The position numbers were made by a program, and so were the translations under genes. The notes below the pieces were generated by a model. That model saw only the letters and a list, made by a program, of their open reading frames with translations, did no database searches and was not told the origin of the DNA. A DNA stretch of 64,000 nucleotides from an uncultured Alphaproteobacteria bacterium (GTDB lineage: Bacteria; Pseudomonadota; Alphaproteobacteria; Rhizobiales; Xanthobacteraceae): positions 709,318 to 773,317 of the forward strand of contig CAVSWY010000020.1 in NCBI GenBank assembly GCA_963731805.1, read 5' to 3'. Positions 16,763 through 24,945 of this stretch are shown piece by piece (within the stretch, counting starts at the first letter, position 1; each line of letters starts with the position of its first letter).

Positions 16763-18004
16763 ATGACGTTTGTGGCCGCGCCGCGTTCCGGCGTCACTGC
16801 ATACGACCATCGCCGCGCTTCGGCCGGCGTCGATTATCGCCGCGCGATCCGCCGCGCCGGTGTGGGTATCGGCACCTTGACCGCCGCCAGCGGCACCGCC
16901 GGCGCGGTTACGCTGACCGCCGCCTGGATGATCGCCGCGGCGATCAGCGGCGCGCCGCATCCGCCCGGTCTGCCGGCTGCCCAGGACAAAATTGCGCTGA
17001 GCCCGCCGAGCGGCGGACTGGCCGGACGGATGATTGCGGATTTTGATGCGGTCGCCGGCGCGGCCGCCAATCTCTCCCGCGCTACGCCCTCGCGGGAAGC
17101 AGAGCAGGCCAAAAGCGCGCGGCTCGACGCGCAGGTCCGCCGCGTGCCGTTCCCGCGCGCCCGATTCGCTGCCATGCACGCGGATGAGGGCGCGAGAGAA
17201 GAGGCGATGCTGGAATCGATGGCGCCCGCCGGGAACATCAGTGCACCGGCACAGGCCGCAGCGACTCTGCCTTCGGGCTATGTGGCCGCGGCATTCGATT
17301 TGTTCGATCCGCAGCCGACGGTTGCCGCTGGGCTTTCTGTCATGCCGCGGGTCGTCCCGCAGCAGCAGCCGGCGCGCGTTGTCGCACAAGCCAGCGCGGC
17401 GCCGCCATTGGTAAGGCAATCCGATAGCGCGCATGTAGCAGCGCCGCTGGAGCTCGCTTATGCCGACGCGGCACCGACATTGCCGCCGGCCGGAGACACG
17501 GCATCCGAGCCGCCGCATTCGGCGCTGACCGGCTTCCTGCACAAGCTCTTTGGCCGGCAGCTCGCCAGCGCCAGTCCGGATGTCGCGCCGGCTGTCGGTA
17601 GCCACACCGCGATCTACGATATCGAAGCGCGTACGGTCTATATGCCCAATGGCGAGAGGCTCGAAGCGCATTCGGGGCTCGGCGCCCTGATGGACGATCC
17701 GCGCTATGCGAGCAAAAAGGATCGCGGTCCGACGCCGCCCAATGTCTACGATCTCGTGCTGCGCGAAGGCTCTTTCCACGGCGTGCAGGCGATCCGGCTC
17801 AAACCGGAGAACGACGACAAGATGTTCGGCCGCGCCGGCATCCTGGCGCATCCTTACATGCTCGGCGCCTCGGGCCAGTCGTTCGGCTGCGTGTCGTTCA
17901 AGGACTATCCGCAGTTCTTGAAGGCATTCGAAGACGGCGAGGTCAATCGCCTCGTCGTGGTGCCCTCGCGCGGCGATTATCCACGCTACGCGGCGAACGA
18001 TTGA
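16763..18004 (+). CDS. DUF2778 / L,D-transpeptidase-fold (Tlde1-like) domain protein with Ala/Pro-rich N-terminal region
   Basis: The C-terminal 150 aa, GRAGILAHPYMLGASGQSFGCVSF, carries the H...S-x-G-C catalytic pattern of the YkuD-like fold. The start codon is uncertain because there is no SD at 16763. Confidence 0.65.
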   Translation: MTFVAAPRSGVTAYDHRRASAGVDYRRAIRRAGVGIGTLTAASGTAGAVTLTAAWMIAAAISGAPHPPGLPAAQDKIALSPPSGGLAGRMIADFDAVAGAAANLSRATPSREAEQAKSARLDAQVRRVPFPRARFAAMHADEGAREEAMLESMAPAGNISAPAQAAATLPSGYVAAAFDLFDPQPTVAAGLSVMPRVVPQQQPARVVAQASAAPPLVRQSDSAHVAAPLELAYADAAPTLPPAGDTASEPPHSALTGFLHKLFGRQLASASPDVAPAVGSHTAIYDIEARTVYMPNGERLEAHSGLGALMDDPRYASKKDRGPTPPNVYDLVLREGSFHGVQAIRLKPENDDKMFGRAGILAHPYMLGASGQSFGCVSFKDYPQFLKAFEDGEVNRLVVVPSRGDYPRYAAND

Positions 18005-18337
18005 TTACCTGAACCGTTCGGACGGTGGCGCGATCTCGGTGACGAGATCGCGGATCAGCTTCTTATTGGGCAGCGGCGTGAGTGTCATTTCGCGCGGCTC
18101 GAGGCGGGCAGTGCAGGCATAGACCGTCTCGCCGTCGAGCTGCATCATGCATTCCTTGCAGGCATTGGCGTTGATGCAGGAGTAGCGCACGGCTAGCGAC
18201 GGATCCTTGTTGACGCGCAGCCAGCGCAAGCCGTCGAGCACCGACTGGCCCTCTTCGAACGGCACGTCATGGGTCTCGAAGCGGCCGGCGTCGCGCGCAT
18301 CGCCGCGCCAGATTTTCAGGGTGGCGATCGCACTCAT
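18005..18337 (-). CDS. 2Fe-2S subunit (SdhB/FrdB N-terminal-domain-like)
   Basis: About 110 aa. LKIWRGD...RYSCINANACKECMMQLDGETVYAC matches the 2Fe-2S domain of succinate dehydrogenase/fumarate reductase Fe-S subunits. Its ATG at 18337 overlaps the upstream stop (ATGA). Confidence 0.75.
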   Translation of the reverse strand: MSAIATLKIWRGDARDAGRFETHDVPFEEGQSVLDGLRWLRVNKDPSLAVRYSCINANACKECMMQLDGETVYACTARLEPREMTLTPLPNKKLIRDLVTEIAPPSERFR

Positions 18338-20025
18338 GCCATCGCCTCGGCGGGCGCGCCGGCGAGATGCATCATACCATCGCGCCAATTCATACGCTGA
18401 TGCACCTGCCATTGCGGCAGCATCGCGGGGAAATCCTCCCGCTGATGCGCACCGCGGCTTTCACTACGATTGAGCGCGGCTTGCGCGACCGCCTGCGCCA
18501 CGGCGATCATGTTGCGCAGATCGAACCAGTCGAGCCGCTGCAGATCGAAGGCGGAAGCCGATCCCGCCGGCCGTTCACCCAGCTCTTCTTTGAGCGCGGC
18601 AAGGCCTGACAGCGCGCGGCGCAGTTTTGCGCCGGTGCGGAACGGCCCGACGTCGTCGGCCATGATGGCTTGCAGACGCGCGATCATCGCCGCCGTATTG
18701 GGAGCATCGTGGCCGGATGCCCGCGCGCCCACCAAATCGAGCGCGGCGCGGCAGTCCTGCGGGCGCAATTTTTGCGGCTGCGCCGCCTGTGCGGCGGCGC
18801 TCCGCCCGGCGCGGCGGCCGAACACCAGCGCTTCGGTGATGGCGTTGCCGGAGAGCCGGTTGGCGCCGTTGGCGCCGCCGACCACTTCGCCCGCCGCATA
18901 AAGACCGGGCAATTCGCTCATCATGCGAGCGTCGGCCTTCACGCCGCCCATGTGATAATGCGCGATCGGCGCGACCTCGACCGCCGTCTTGGTGAGATCG
19001 ATGTGGTTTGCCGCCAGCCGATCGATCACTGGTCCGAATGCCTGGCGCAACGCCGCCGCGCTGCAATGCTCGAACGAGAGGTAGGCGCCGCCGTGCGGCG
19101 AGCCGCGGCCGGCCTCGACCTCCTTGGTGATGGCGTAGGTCGCGAGATCGCGGGTGAGCACGTATTTGCCGTCCTCGTCGGAGCCGTATTTTGACGTAAA
19201 TTCTTCTTTGGAGCCGTTGAGGAGCCGGCCGCCGAGCTTGTAGCGGAACGGATCCCACATGATCGGGTCCATGCCGACGAGCCGCGGCGCCAGATGCCCG
19301 ATCGGAAAAAACTGGACGAATTCCATGTCGATCAAGGAAGCGCCGGCGCGCAAAGCGAGCGCGTAGCCGTCGCCACCCATATTGGCCGAGGCGCTGTTGC
19401 GGCGGTACAGCCGCGTCAGCCCGCCGGTCGCCAGGATCGTGGCCTTGGCCGCGATGACGACTGGCGCGCCGGAGCCGAGATGATAGGCGACCGCGCCGGT
19501 GACCTCGCCGCCGCCGACCGCAAGATCGACGATGCACAGATCGCCGGCTTTGCGGATCGATGGGTTGCGCGCCATGTGCATGCGCAGCGTCTTCGACACC
19601 GCCGGCCCGGTATTGATGAAATCGACATAGACGCAGCGCGGCCGGTCGTGACCTGGCGCCTGCGTCGCGGTGATGTGCCCATCTTTACGCGCCCAGCCGA
19701 CACCCCAGGCATCGAGCTCGCGGATGCAGTCCGGCGCGTCCTCGCAGAGCAGCTCGGCCAGCGTCTCGTCGCACAGCCCACGGCCGGCGGCGATGGTGTC
19801 GGCGTAATGATGGCCCGGATCGTCCGGCGTCTCTTCGCCGAGCGCGACCGCGACTGTCATCTGCGCCATGACGGTGGCGCCGCCGCGGCCGATGAGGCTG
19901 CGGTCGACAAGCAAGACTTGCGCGCCGCGCCGCGCCGCTTCGATCGCTGCATACATGCCCGCGGCGCCGGAGCCGATGACCAGCACATCGGTCTCGACGG
20001 AGACGGGTTCGAGCGCGCTCGTCAC
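18334..20025 (-). CDS. FAD-dependent oxidoreductase (succinate dehydrogenase/fumarate reductase flavoprotein-like)
   Basis: DVLVIGSGAAGMYAAIEAARRG dinucleotide fold, HYHMGG, and RSESRGAHQRED. The GTG start at 20025 overlaps the coxG-like stop (GTGA). The upstream 284 codons of the 847-aa track ORF are out-of-gene. Confidence 0.85.
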   Translation of the reverse strand: MTSALEPVSVETDVLVIGSGAAGMYAAIEAARRGAQVLLVDRSLIGRGGATVMAQMTVAVALGEETPDDPGHHYADTIAAGRGLCDETLAELLCEDAPDCIRELDAWGVGWARKDGHITATQAPGHDRPRCVYVDFINTGPAVSKTLRMHMARNPSIRKAGDLCIVDLAVGGGEVTGAVAYHLGSGAPVVIAAKATILATGGLTRLYRRNSASANMGGDGYALALRAGASLIDMEFVQFFPIGHLAPRLVGMDPIMWDPFRYKLGGRLLNGSKEEFTSKYGSDEDGKYVLTRDLATYAITKEVEAGRGSPHGGAYLSFEHCSAAALRQAFGPVIDRLAANHIDLTKTAVEVAPIAHYHMGGVKADARMMSELPGLYAAGEVVGGANGANRLSGNAITEALVFGRRAGRSAAAQAAQPQKLRPQDCRAALDLVGARASGHDAPNTAAMIARLQAIMADDVGPFRTGAKLRRALSGLAALKEELGERPAGSASAFDLQRLDWFDLRNMIAVAQAVAQAALNRSESRGAHQREDFPAMLPQWQVHQRMNWRDGMMHLAGAPAEAMA

Positions 20026-20483
20026 GGCGCGGGCGCCGCCGGCTCGGCAAAGGCCGCCGCCAGCCGCGCGGCGAATTGCCGTTCCATCTCTTTCGCCTTG
20101 GAGCGAAGCACCGGCTGGCCGAGGCTGCCGAGCTTTCCGGTCAAGGCCGCCTCGATCTCGTAGTCGATCTTGGTCTGGTCGCCCAGTTCGGTAAGCCGTG
20201 TCAGAGAGGTTGCCGACAGCCGGCCGACGATGCCGAGCGGAGTGCCCTCGACTTTGGCTTCGATCTCGCGCGGCGGCTCGGCGCGCGTCACCTGCACCGT
20301 CACCTTGAACTTGAACTTCATGTAGGCGACCTTGGTCTCGAACACCGCCGCATAAGTGTCGGGCGCGGTCTCCGCCAGTTCGCTGACGCCGTCGACGCAA
20401 GAGGCGAAGAAGCGCGCATCGCGCACCTTCTCGTAGACTTGCGCGCGCGGCGCTTGGACCGTCAGCTCTCCGGAAAATTTCAT
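20022..20483 (-). CDS. CoxG-like SRPBCC protein (carbon monoxide dehydrogenase subunit G family)
   Basis: 153 aa. MKFSGELTVQAPRAQVYEKVRDARFFASCVDGV is a typical CoxG start. Confidence 0.8.
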   Translation of the reverse strand: MKFSGELTVQAPRAQVYEKVRDARFFASCVDGVSELAETAPDTYAAVFETKVAYMKFKFKVTVQVTRAEPPREIEAKVEGTPLGIVGRLSATSLTRLTELGDQTKIDYEIEAALTGKLGSLGQPVLRSKAKEMERQFAARLAAAFAEPAAPAP

Positions 20484-20507
20484 GCGCTGTTCCGCTTGGA
20501 CGAACGC

Positions 20508-21020
20508 TCAGGCGCGCAGCGCCGTCAGCATGTCCTTGATATATTCGTCGGCGCTGGAAATCACGAGCATCATGGCGTGCGGCCGCAGCTGCGCCAGCAT
20601 CTTCGACAGCGTCTCGTCGCTCGAGCCGGCGCCGCCGAGGATCAACGCCGTCGTCATCACGTGCTTGACGCTGCAAGCTTCGCCGATGAGGCTCGCCGCC
20701 GCGGCGCTCTCGCCGGCGGTCGCCACCATGACCACGAGATCGGCGGTCTCGACTTCGTCGACCAGGTTCTTGGTGCGGCCGGCCAGATCGTTGAGCCAGC
20801 CGCCCATCGAGAAGCGTTCGCCCTGCCGCGGCGCGCCGGAGAATGCCGACGCGGTGAGGAACGTCGCGCGCTGCCAAGGTACGGCCGCCAACTCCTTGAC
20901 GATGCGCTCGCTCGGGGCGTCAAGCGCGATCACCTTGATGGCGCGGGCCTGCGAATTCGGCCGATCGATGCGGAACCTCGCCTCCGCCGCCGAACTCATC
21001 CGGGCCGATTCGCTTTGCAT
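20508..21020 (-). CDS. hypothetical protein with degenerate FtsZ/tubulin-like N-domain pattern
   Basis: First gene of the operon, with GGAGAG 7 nt upstream of the ATG at 21020. IKVIALDAPSERIVKEL, ADLVVMVATAGESAAAASLIGEACSVKHVMTTALILG and LRPHAMMLVISSADEYI line up with the FtsZ blocks [54 protein letters not shown] and LSKHVDSLITIPNDKLL. Confidence 0.5.
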   Translation of the reverse strand: MQSESARMSSAAEARFRIDRPNSQARAIKVIALDAPSERIVKELAAVPWQRATFLTASAFSGAPRQGERFSMGGWLNDLAGRTKNLVDEVETADLVVMVATAGESAAAASLIGEACSVKHVMTTALILGGAGSSDETLSKMLAQLRPHAMMLVISSADEYIKDMLTALRA

Positions 21021-21140
21021 GATCCGCTCTCCTGACGCCTCCTTCCCAATATAGCGAATGGCCAAGAATATTCCATTGCGCGCTCCGTTTAGTATAACGG
21101 CGCTCCGTCCCGCAGGTTCTTAAGAGGATAAGAGAGGGTC

Positions 21141-21458
21141 ATGGCCGGCGAAGCAAAACGCCTCGAATTGTGCAGCACCGCCGACGTCGCGCCGGGCGCC
21201 GCTCTCAAGGTCGAGATCGAGGATCTGGCGCTCGCGGTATTCAATGTCGGCGGACAGTTCTACGTCACCGACGACGCTTGCACCCATGGTCCGGGCTCGC
21301 TGTCGGAAGGCTATATCGAGGACGACGTTGTCGAATGCAACTTCCACAACGGCCAGTTCAACATCCGCACCGGCGAAGTGGTGTCGCCGCCCTGCATGGT
21401 GCCGGTGAGGACCTATCCGGTCATGGTCGTCGACGGCAAGGTGACGATCGAGGTGTGA
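21141..21458 (+). CDS. Rieske-type [2Fe-2S] ferredoxin
   Basis: 105 aa. CTHG...(17 aa)...CNFH is the Rieske C-x-H / C-x-x-H motif. GAGAGGG lies upstream of the ATG. Confidence 0.85.
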   Translation: MAGEAKRLELCSTADVAPGAALKVEIEDLALAVFNVGGQFYVTDDACTHGPGSLSEGYIEDDVVECNFHNGQFNIRTGEVVSPPCMVPVRTYPVMVVDGKVTIEV

Positions 21459-21580
21459 GACCGGCATAACCCCCCGCAATGGGACCCGGCCCATCAATCG
21501 GCCGTGCGTAGTTTTGCAGTTGACGAAGCGCGCGGCGGCGGCTTGTTAGATGCCAACAAATTTCATGGAGGATCGCCCCG

Positions 21581-22684
21581 ATGCCGAGAACCAAACCGCC
21601 GTTCCGCGCCGACGTGGTCGGCTCAATTCTGCGCACCGCGGCGCTGAAGGACGCGCGCGCCAAGCGTGAAAAGGGCGAGATCAGCGCGGCGCAGCTCAAG
21701 GAGGTGGAGGACCGCGAGATTGAGAAGATCATCAAGAAGCAGGAGGAGGTCGGGCTGCAAGTCGCCACCGACGGTGAATTCCGCCGCTCGTGGTGGCATT
21801 TCGATTTCTACGGCATGCTCGACGGCGTCGAAATCCAGGAACTCGACCACGGCATTCAATTCCAGGGCGTGCAAACGCGGCCGCGCACCCCGCGCATCGT
21901 CGGTAAGCTCGGTTTCTCCAATCATCCGATGCTGGAGCATTTCAAGTTTCTCAAAGCCCATACCCGCGTGACGCCGAAAATGTGCATCCCGAGCCCGGCG
22001 ACGCTGCATTTCCGCCTGGAGCCGGACGCCGTCAAGATCAAGGATTATGCCGACCGCGACGCCATCTTCGACGATCTCGCCAAAACCTACCGGCAGGCGA
22101 TCCGCGGCTTCTATGACGCGGGCTGCCGCTATCTGCAGTTCGACGACACGGCCTGGGCCTATCTGTGCTCGCAGGCCGAGCTGAAAAAGGCGCGCGAGCG
22201 CGGCTTGAATGCCGACCGCCTGCAGCAAGACTACGCCCGCGTCATCAACGGCGCGCTCGAAGGCAAGCCGGCCGACATGACGGTCACGACGCATGTTTGC
22301 CGCGGCAATTTCCGCTCGACCTGGATTTCCGAGGGCGGCTACGAGCCGGTCGCCGAGATCATGCTCGGTCAATTGAACTACGACGGCTATTTCCTCGAAT
22401 ACGATACCGCGCGCGCCGGCGGTTTTGAGCCGCTGCGCTTTTTGCCCAAAGGCAACAAGATCGTGGTGCTCGGTCTCGTCACCACCAAATCGGGCACGCT
22501 GGAGAAGAAAGCGGACGTCAAGCGCCGCATCGAGGAGGCGACGAAATTTGCCGCGCTCGATCAGCTTTGCTTGTCGCCGCAATGCGGCTTCGCCTCGACT
22601 GAGGAAGGCAACGTGCTTGCCGAGGAAGAGCAATGGGCGAAGCTGCGCATGATCGTCGATCTCGCCAACGAAGTGTGGCACTGA
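21581..22684 (+). CDS. MetE C-terminal-domain-like (cobalamin-independent methionine synthase II family) protein
   Basis: 367 aa. FRADVVGSILR at the N-terminus, HVCRGNF, and the LSPQCGF Zn-ligand region are typical of the single-domain MetE-like family. Confidence 0.8.
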   Translation: MPRTKPPFRADVVGSILRTAALKDARAKREKGEISAAQLKEVEDREIEKIIKKQEEVGLQVATDGEFRRSWWHFDFYGMLDGVEIQELDHGIQFQGVQTRPRTPRIVGKLGFSNHPMLEHFKFLKAHTRVTPKMCIPSPATLHFRLEPDAVKIKDYADRDAIFDDLAKTYRQAIRGFYDAGCRYLQFDDTAWAYLCSQAELKKARERGLNADRLQQDYARVINGALEGKPADMTVTTHVCRGNFRSTWISEGGYEPVAEIMLGQLNYDGYFLEYDTARAGGFEPLRFLPKGNKIVVLGLVTTKSGTLEKKADVKRRIEEATKFAALDQLCLSPQCGFASTEEGNVLAEEEQWAKLRMIVDLANEVWH

Positions 22685-22872
22685 GGCGCCCGCCGACAGG
22701 GCGGCGCGCCAGCATTGAATCGGCGCCGGGCTGCCAAGATAAGTCTCGCGGGAATTGACCTAGGTCAAATCCGGCTCGCGGGGAATTTCGTATCAAATGG
22801 CGTGAAGCGGATGTCGCTATGCTCGGTGCATAGCGCAACGTTAGACCACGGCATGAAGCGAGAGTGCAAACC

Positions 22873-24057
22873 ATGACACAGTCGCGTCCGAGCATTGTGA
22901 TCGTCGGCGGCGGAATTGGCGGTTTGTTCGTGGCCAACGCAGTGGTCGCCCAAGGCCTGCAGGTCGCGGTTTACGAGCAAGCCCCCGCGTTGGGCGAGGT
23001 CGGGGCCGGCGTCTACATCACGCCGAACTGTGTACGCCAGTTGCAACGGATCGGCTTGGGCCCGGCAGTAGAGAAATTCGGCGCCAAGGTCGGCGGCAAT
23101 TCGCGATACTTCCACCATGATGGAAGCCTTATCGCGCCGGTGCAGGTCACGGACTCATCGGGCTGGAACGCGACCTATGGTATGCATCGGGCGGACCTTG
23201 TCGAGATGCTGGCCAAAGCCCTGCCGGCCGGGGTGGTGCATACCGGGTATCGCTGCAACGGCTTCGAGCGGCAGGGCGAGGTGGCCCGCGTCACCTTCGA
23301 AAACGGCGCCAGCGCCGAGGGCGACGTCGTGATCGGCTCGGATGGAATTCACTCGGTGCTCCGGCAATATGTCTATCCCGCCTCCCGCGCGATTTTTTCG
23401 GGGACCGTCGCCTATCGCGGCGCCGTCCGCTCCGAACTGGTGCCGGAATGGCCGGCCGAAAGCTGGCTGATGTGGCTCGGCAAAGGCAAGCACTTCCTGA
23501 CCTACCCGCTGCGTGGCGGAACGCTCATCAATTTCGTCGGCTTCGTACCGGCCGACAAGGAGATGCAAGAGTCATGGTCGGCCGCCGGCGATCCCGACGC
23601 GTTACGCCGCGAGTTCGCCGACTGGGACCCGCGAATCGTGTCTTTATTGCGCCAAGTTGAGACGACGTTCCGATCTGCGCTCTATGATCGCGATCCGCTG
23701 CCGTCCTGGACCCGCGGACGGCTGACGCTCCTTGGCGATGCCGCGCACGCAATGCTGCCGCACCTCGGACAAGGCGCCAACCAGTCGATCGAGGACGGCA
23801 TGGCTCTGGCAACCATCCTGACCAATACCGACCGCACGACCGTGCTGGCCGCTCTTCTCGCTTACGAGCGGCTCCGTCGCGAGCGAACCGCGAAGGTTCA
23901 AACCGGTGCGCGCGCCAACGGGTTGCGCTACGATACTTTTCACGGCGACATCGAGATCCGTGATGCCGAGATCGCCGCGCATGCCGAATTCCGCAAGCAC
24001 CTCTACGATCACGACGTCGTTCCGGAAGCACGTGCCGCGGCACTAGAGCTGGTCTAG
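22873..24057 (+). CDS. FAD-dependent monooxygenase (salicylate hydroxylase-like)
   Basis: IVIVGGGIGG, GSDGIHS and LLGDAAHAMLPHLGQGANQSIEDG are class A flavoprotein monooxygenase motifs. Confidence 0.85.
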   Translation: MTQSRPSIVIVGGGIGGLFVANAVVAQGLQVAVYEQAPALGEVGAGVYITPNCVRQLQRIGLGPAVEKFGAKVGGNSRYFHHDGSLIAPVQVTDSSGWNATYGMHRADLVEMLAKALPAGVVHTGYRCNGFERQGEVARVTFENGASAEGDVVIGSDGIHSVLRQYVYPASRAIFSGTVAYRGAVRSELVPEWPAESWLMWLGKGKHFLTYPLRGGTLINFVGFVPADKEMQESWSAAGDPDALRREFADWDPRIVSLLRQVETTFRSALYDRDPLPSWTRGRLTLLGDAAHAMLPHLGQGANQSIEDGMALATILTNTDRTTVLAALLAYERLRRERTAKVQTGARANGLRYDTFHGDIEIRDAEIAAHAEFRKHLYDHDVVPEARAAALELV

Positions 24058-24073
24058 TCCGACGACGCCTACT

Positions 24074-24814
24074 TCATCGTTCGACGGAAAGCGCGGTGCG
24101 CGGGGCTAGTCTCTCCCGGCTAAGCCGCTTGTGCACTTTCACCATCAAGGCCATGGCGAACAGCGGCGTCGCCAGGTTGACGATCGGGATGGAGACGAAA
24201 GCGGCGATGAACAGGCCGGCGATGTAGACCGTCATGGCGTTGCGCTTGCGAAGGAGCTTCGCTTCGGCGGGCGGCCGAAAACGCATGGCGGCAAGCTCGA
24301 AATATTCGCGACTGAGAATGTAGGCGGTGGCGAGGAAGAAGATCACCGCACCGAAGCCGGCGAACAGCAACAACGGCGCGGCGCACAGATAAATCAGAAC
24401 CGCAAGCAGCGCTGTCTTGCCGCCTTCCCACATCGCGAGCCAGAGCGGCAACGCCTTGCCCGGCGGATCGCGGGGATATTGCGCGCGCTCGACTTCCTCG
24501 CCGATGCGGTCGGCGAAAAAGCTCGCAACAACGGCTGTGACCGCCGGCATCAGAAACACGCCGCCGACGATGATGCCGAGGCTGGCGGCGATCGACAGCA
24601 ACCAGGCGATGGCGTCGACCGGCAGATGCGCGTGCGGCCCGACCGCGGTCTCCATCGAGACGCCGCAGACGTTCACCAGGTGCACGATCAGCCGGTCGAG
24701 CGCGATGCCGAGGACGACGATCAGCGCCAGTGCCAGCAGGATCGATTTCCACAACACCGCGCGTAGTGGCGGCGAGACCATCTGGGTGAGCGCGCTGATG
24801 ACGTCGCCGAGCAT
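24074..24814 (-). CDS. EI24/CysZ-like (DUF540) membrane protein
   Basis: Multi-pass membrane protein. GGAGG lies 7 nt upstream of the ATG at 24814. The sequence pattern resembles the CysZ/EI24 family. Confidence 0.6.
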   Translation of the reverse strand: MLGDVISALTQMVSPPLRAVLWKSILLALALIVVLGIALDRLIVHLVNVCGVSMETAVGPHAHLPVDAIAWLLSIAASLGIIVGGVFLMPAVTAVVASFFADRIGEEVERAQYPRDPPGKALPLWLAMWEGGKTALLAVLIYLCAAPLLLFAGFGAVIFFLATAYILSREYFELAAMRFRPPAEAKLLRKRNAMTVYIAGLFIAAFVSIPIVNLATPLFAMALMVKVHKRLSRERLAPRTALSVER

Positions 24815-24945
24815 TTTCAGCCTCCGCGGAACGGCTGAAGTAACGACGTTCATCATCGCGCACAAGATGCGGTCACGCCACGTAGCGTTTGCCCGTTGTG
24901 CGCACTTCGGGCAATCTGCGGGGAGCCGAAAGCGTTTTGGAAGCA

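Noticed and set aside
16742-17851. 369-aa minus-strand ORF
   Set aside because: It is an Arg/Gly/Ala-rich shadow ORF antisense to the DUF2778 gene, with no motifs or SD. This is typical of a high-GC antisense frame.
18334-20877. 847-aa ORF in the six-frame track
   Set aside because: Only the C-terminal 563 codons look like a flavoprotein, from the GTG at 20025 (VTSALEPVSVETDVLVIGSGAAG...). The upstream 284 codons are Arg/Gly/Asp-rich nonsense that overlaps the coxG-like and FtsZ-like genes in other frames.
21623-22681. 352-aa minus-strand ORF. The same reasoning applies to 33190..34275 (-), 24853..26196 (-), 38856..39851 (-), 24417..25769 (+), 49704..50813 (+), 62377..63342 (+), 61688..62275 (-) and 63334..63921 (-).
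   Set aside because: All are antisense to, or frame-shifted over, genes with clear family signatures. All are Arg/Gly/Ala/Pro-rich, as expected for non-coding frames in GC-rich DNA.
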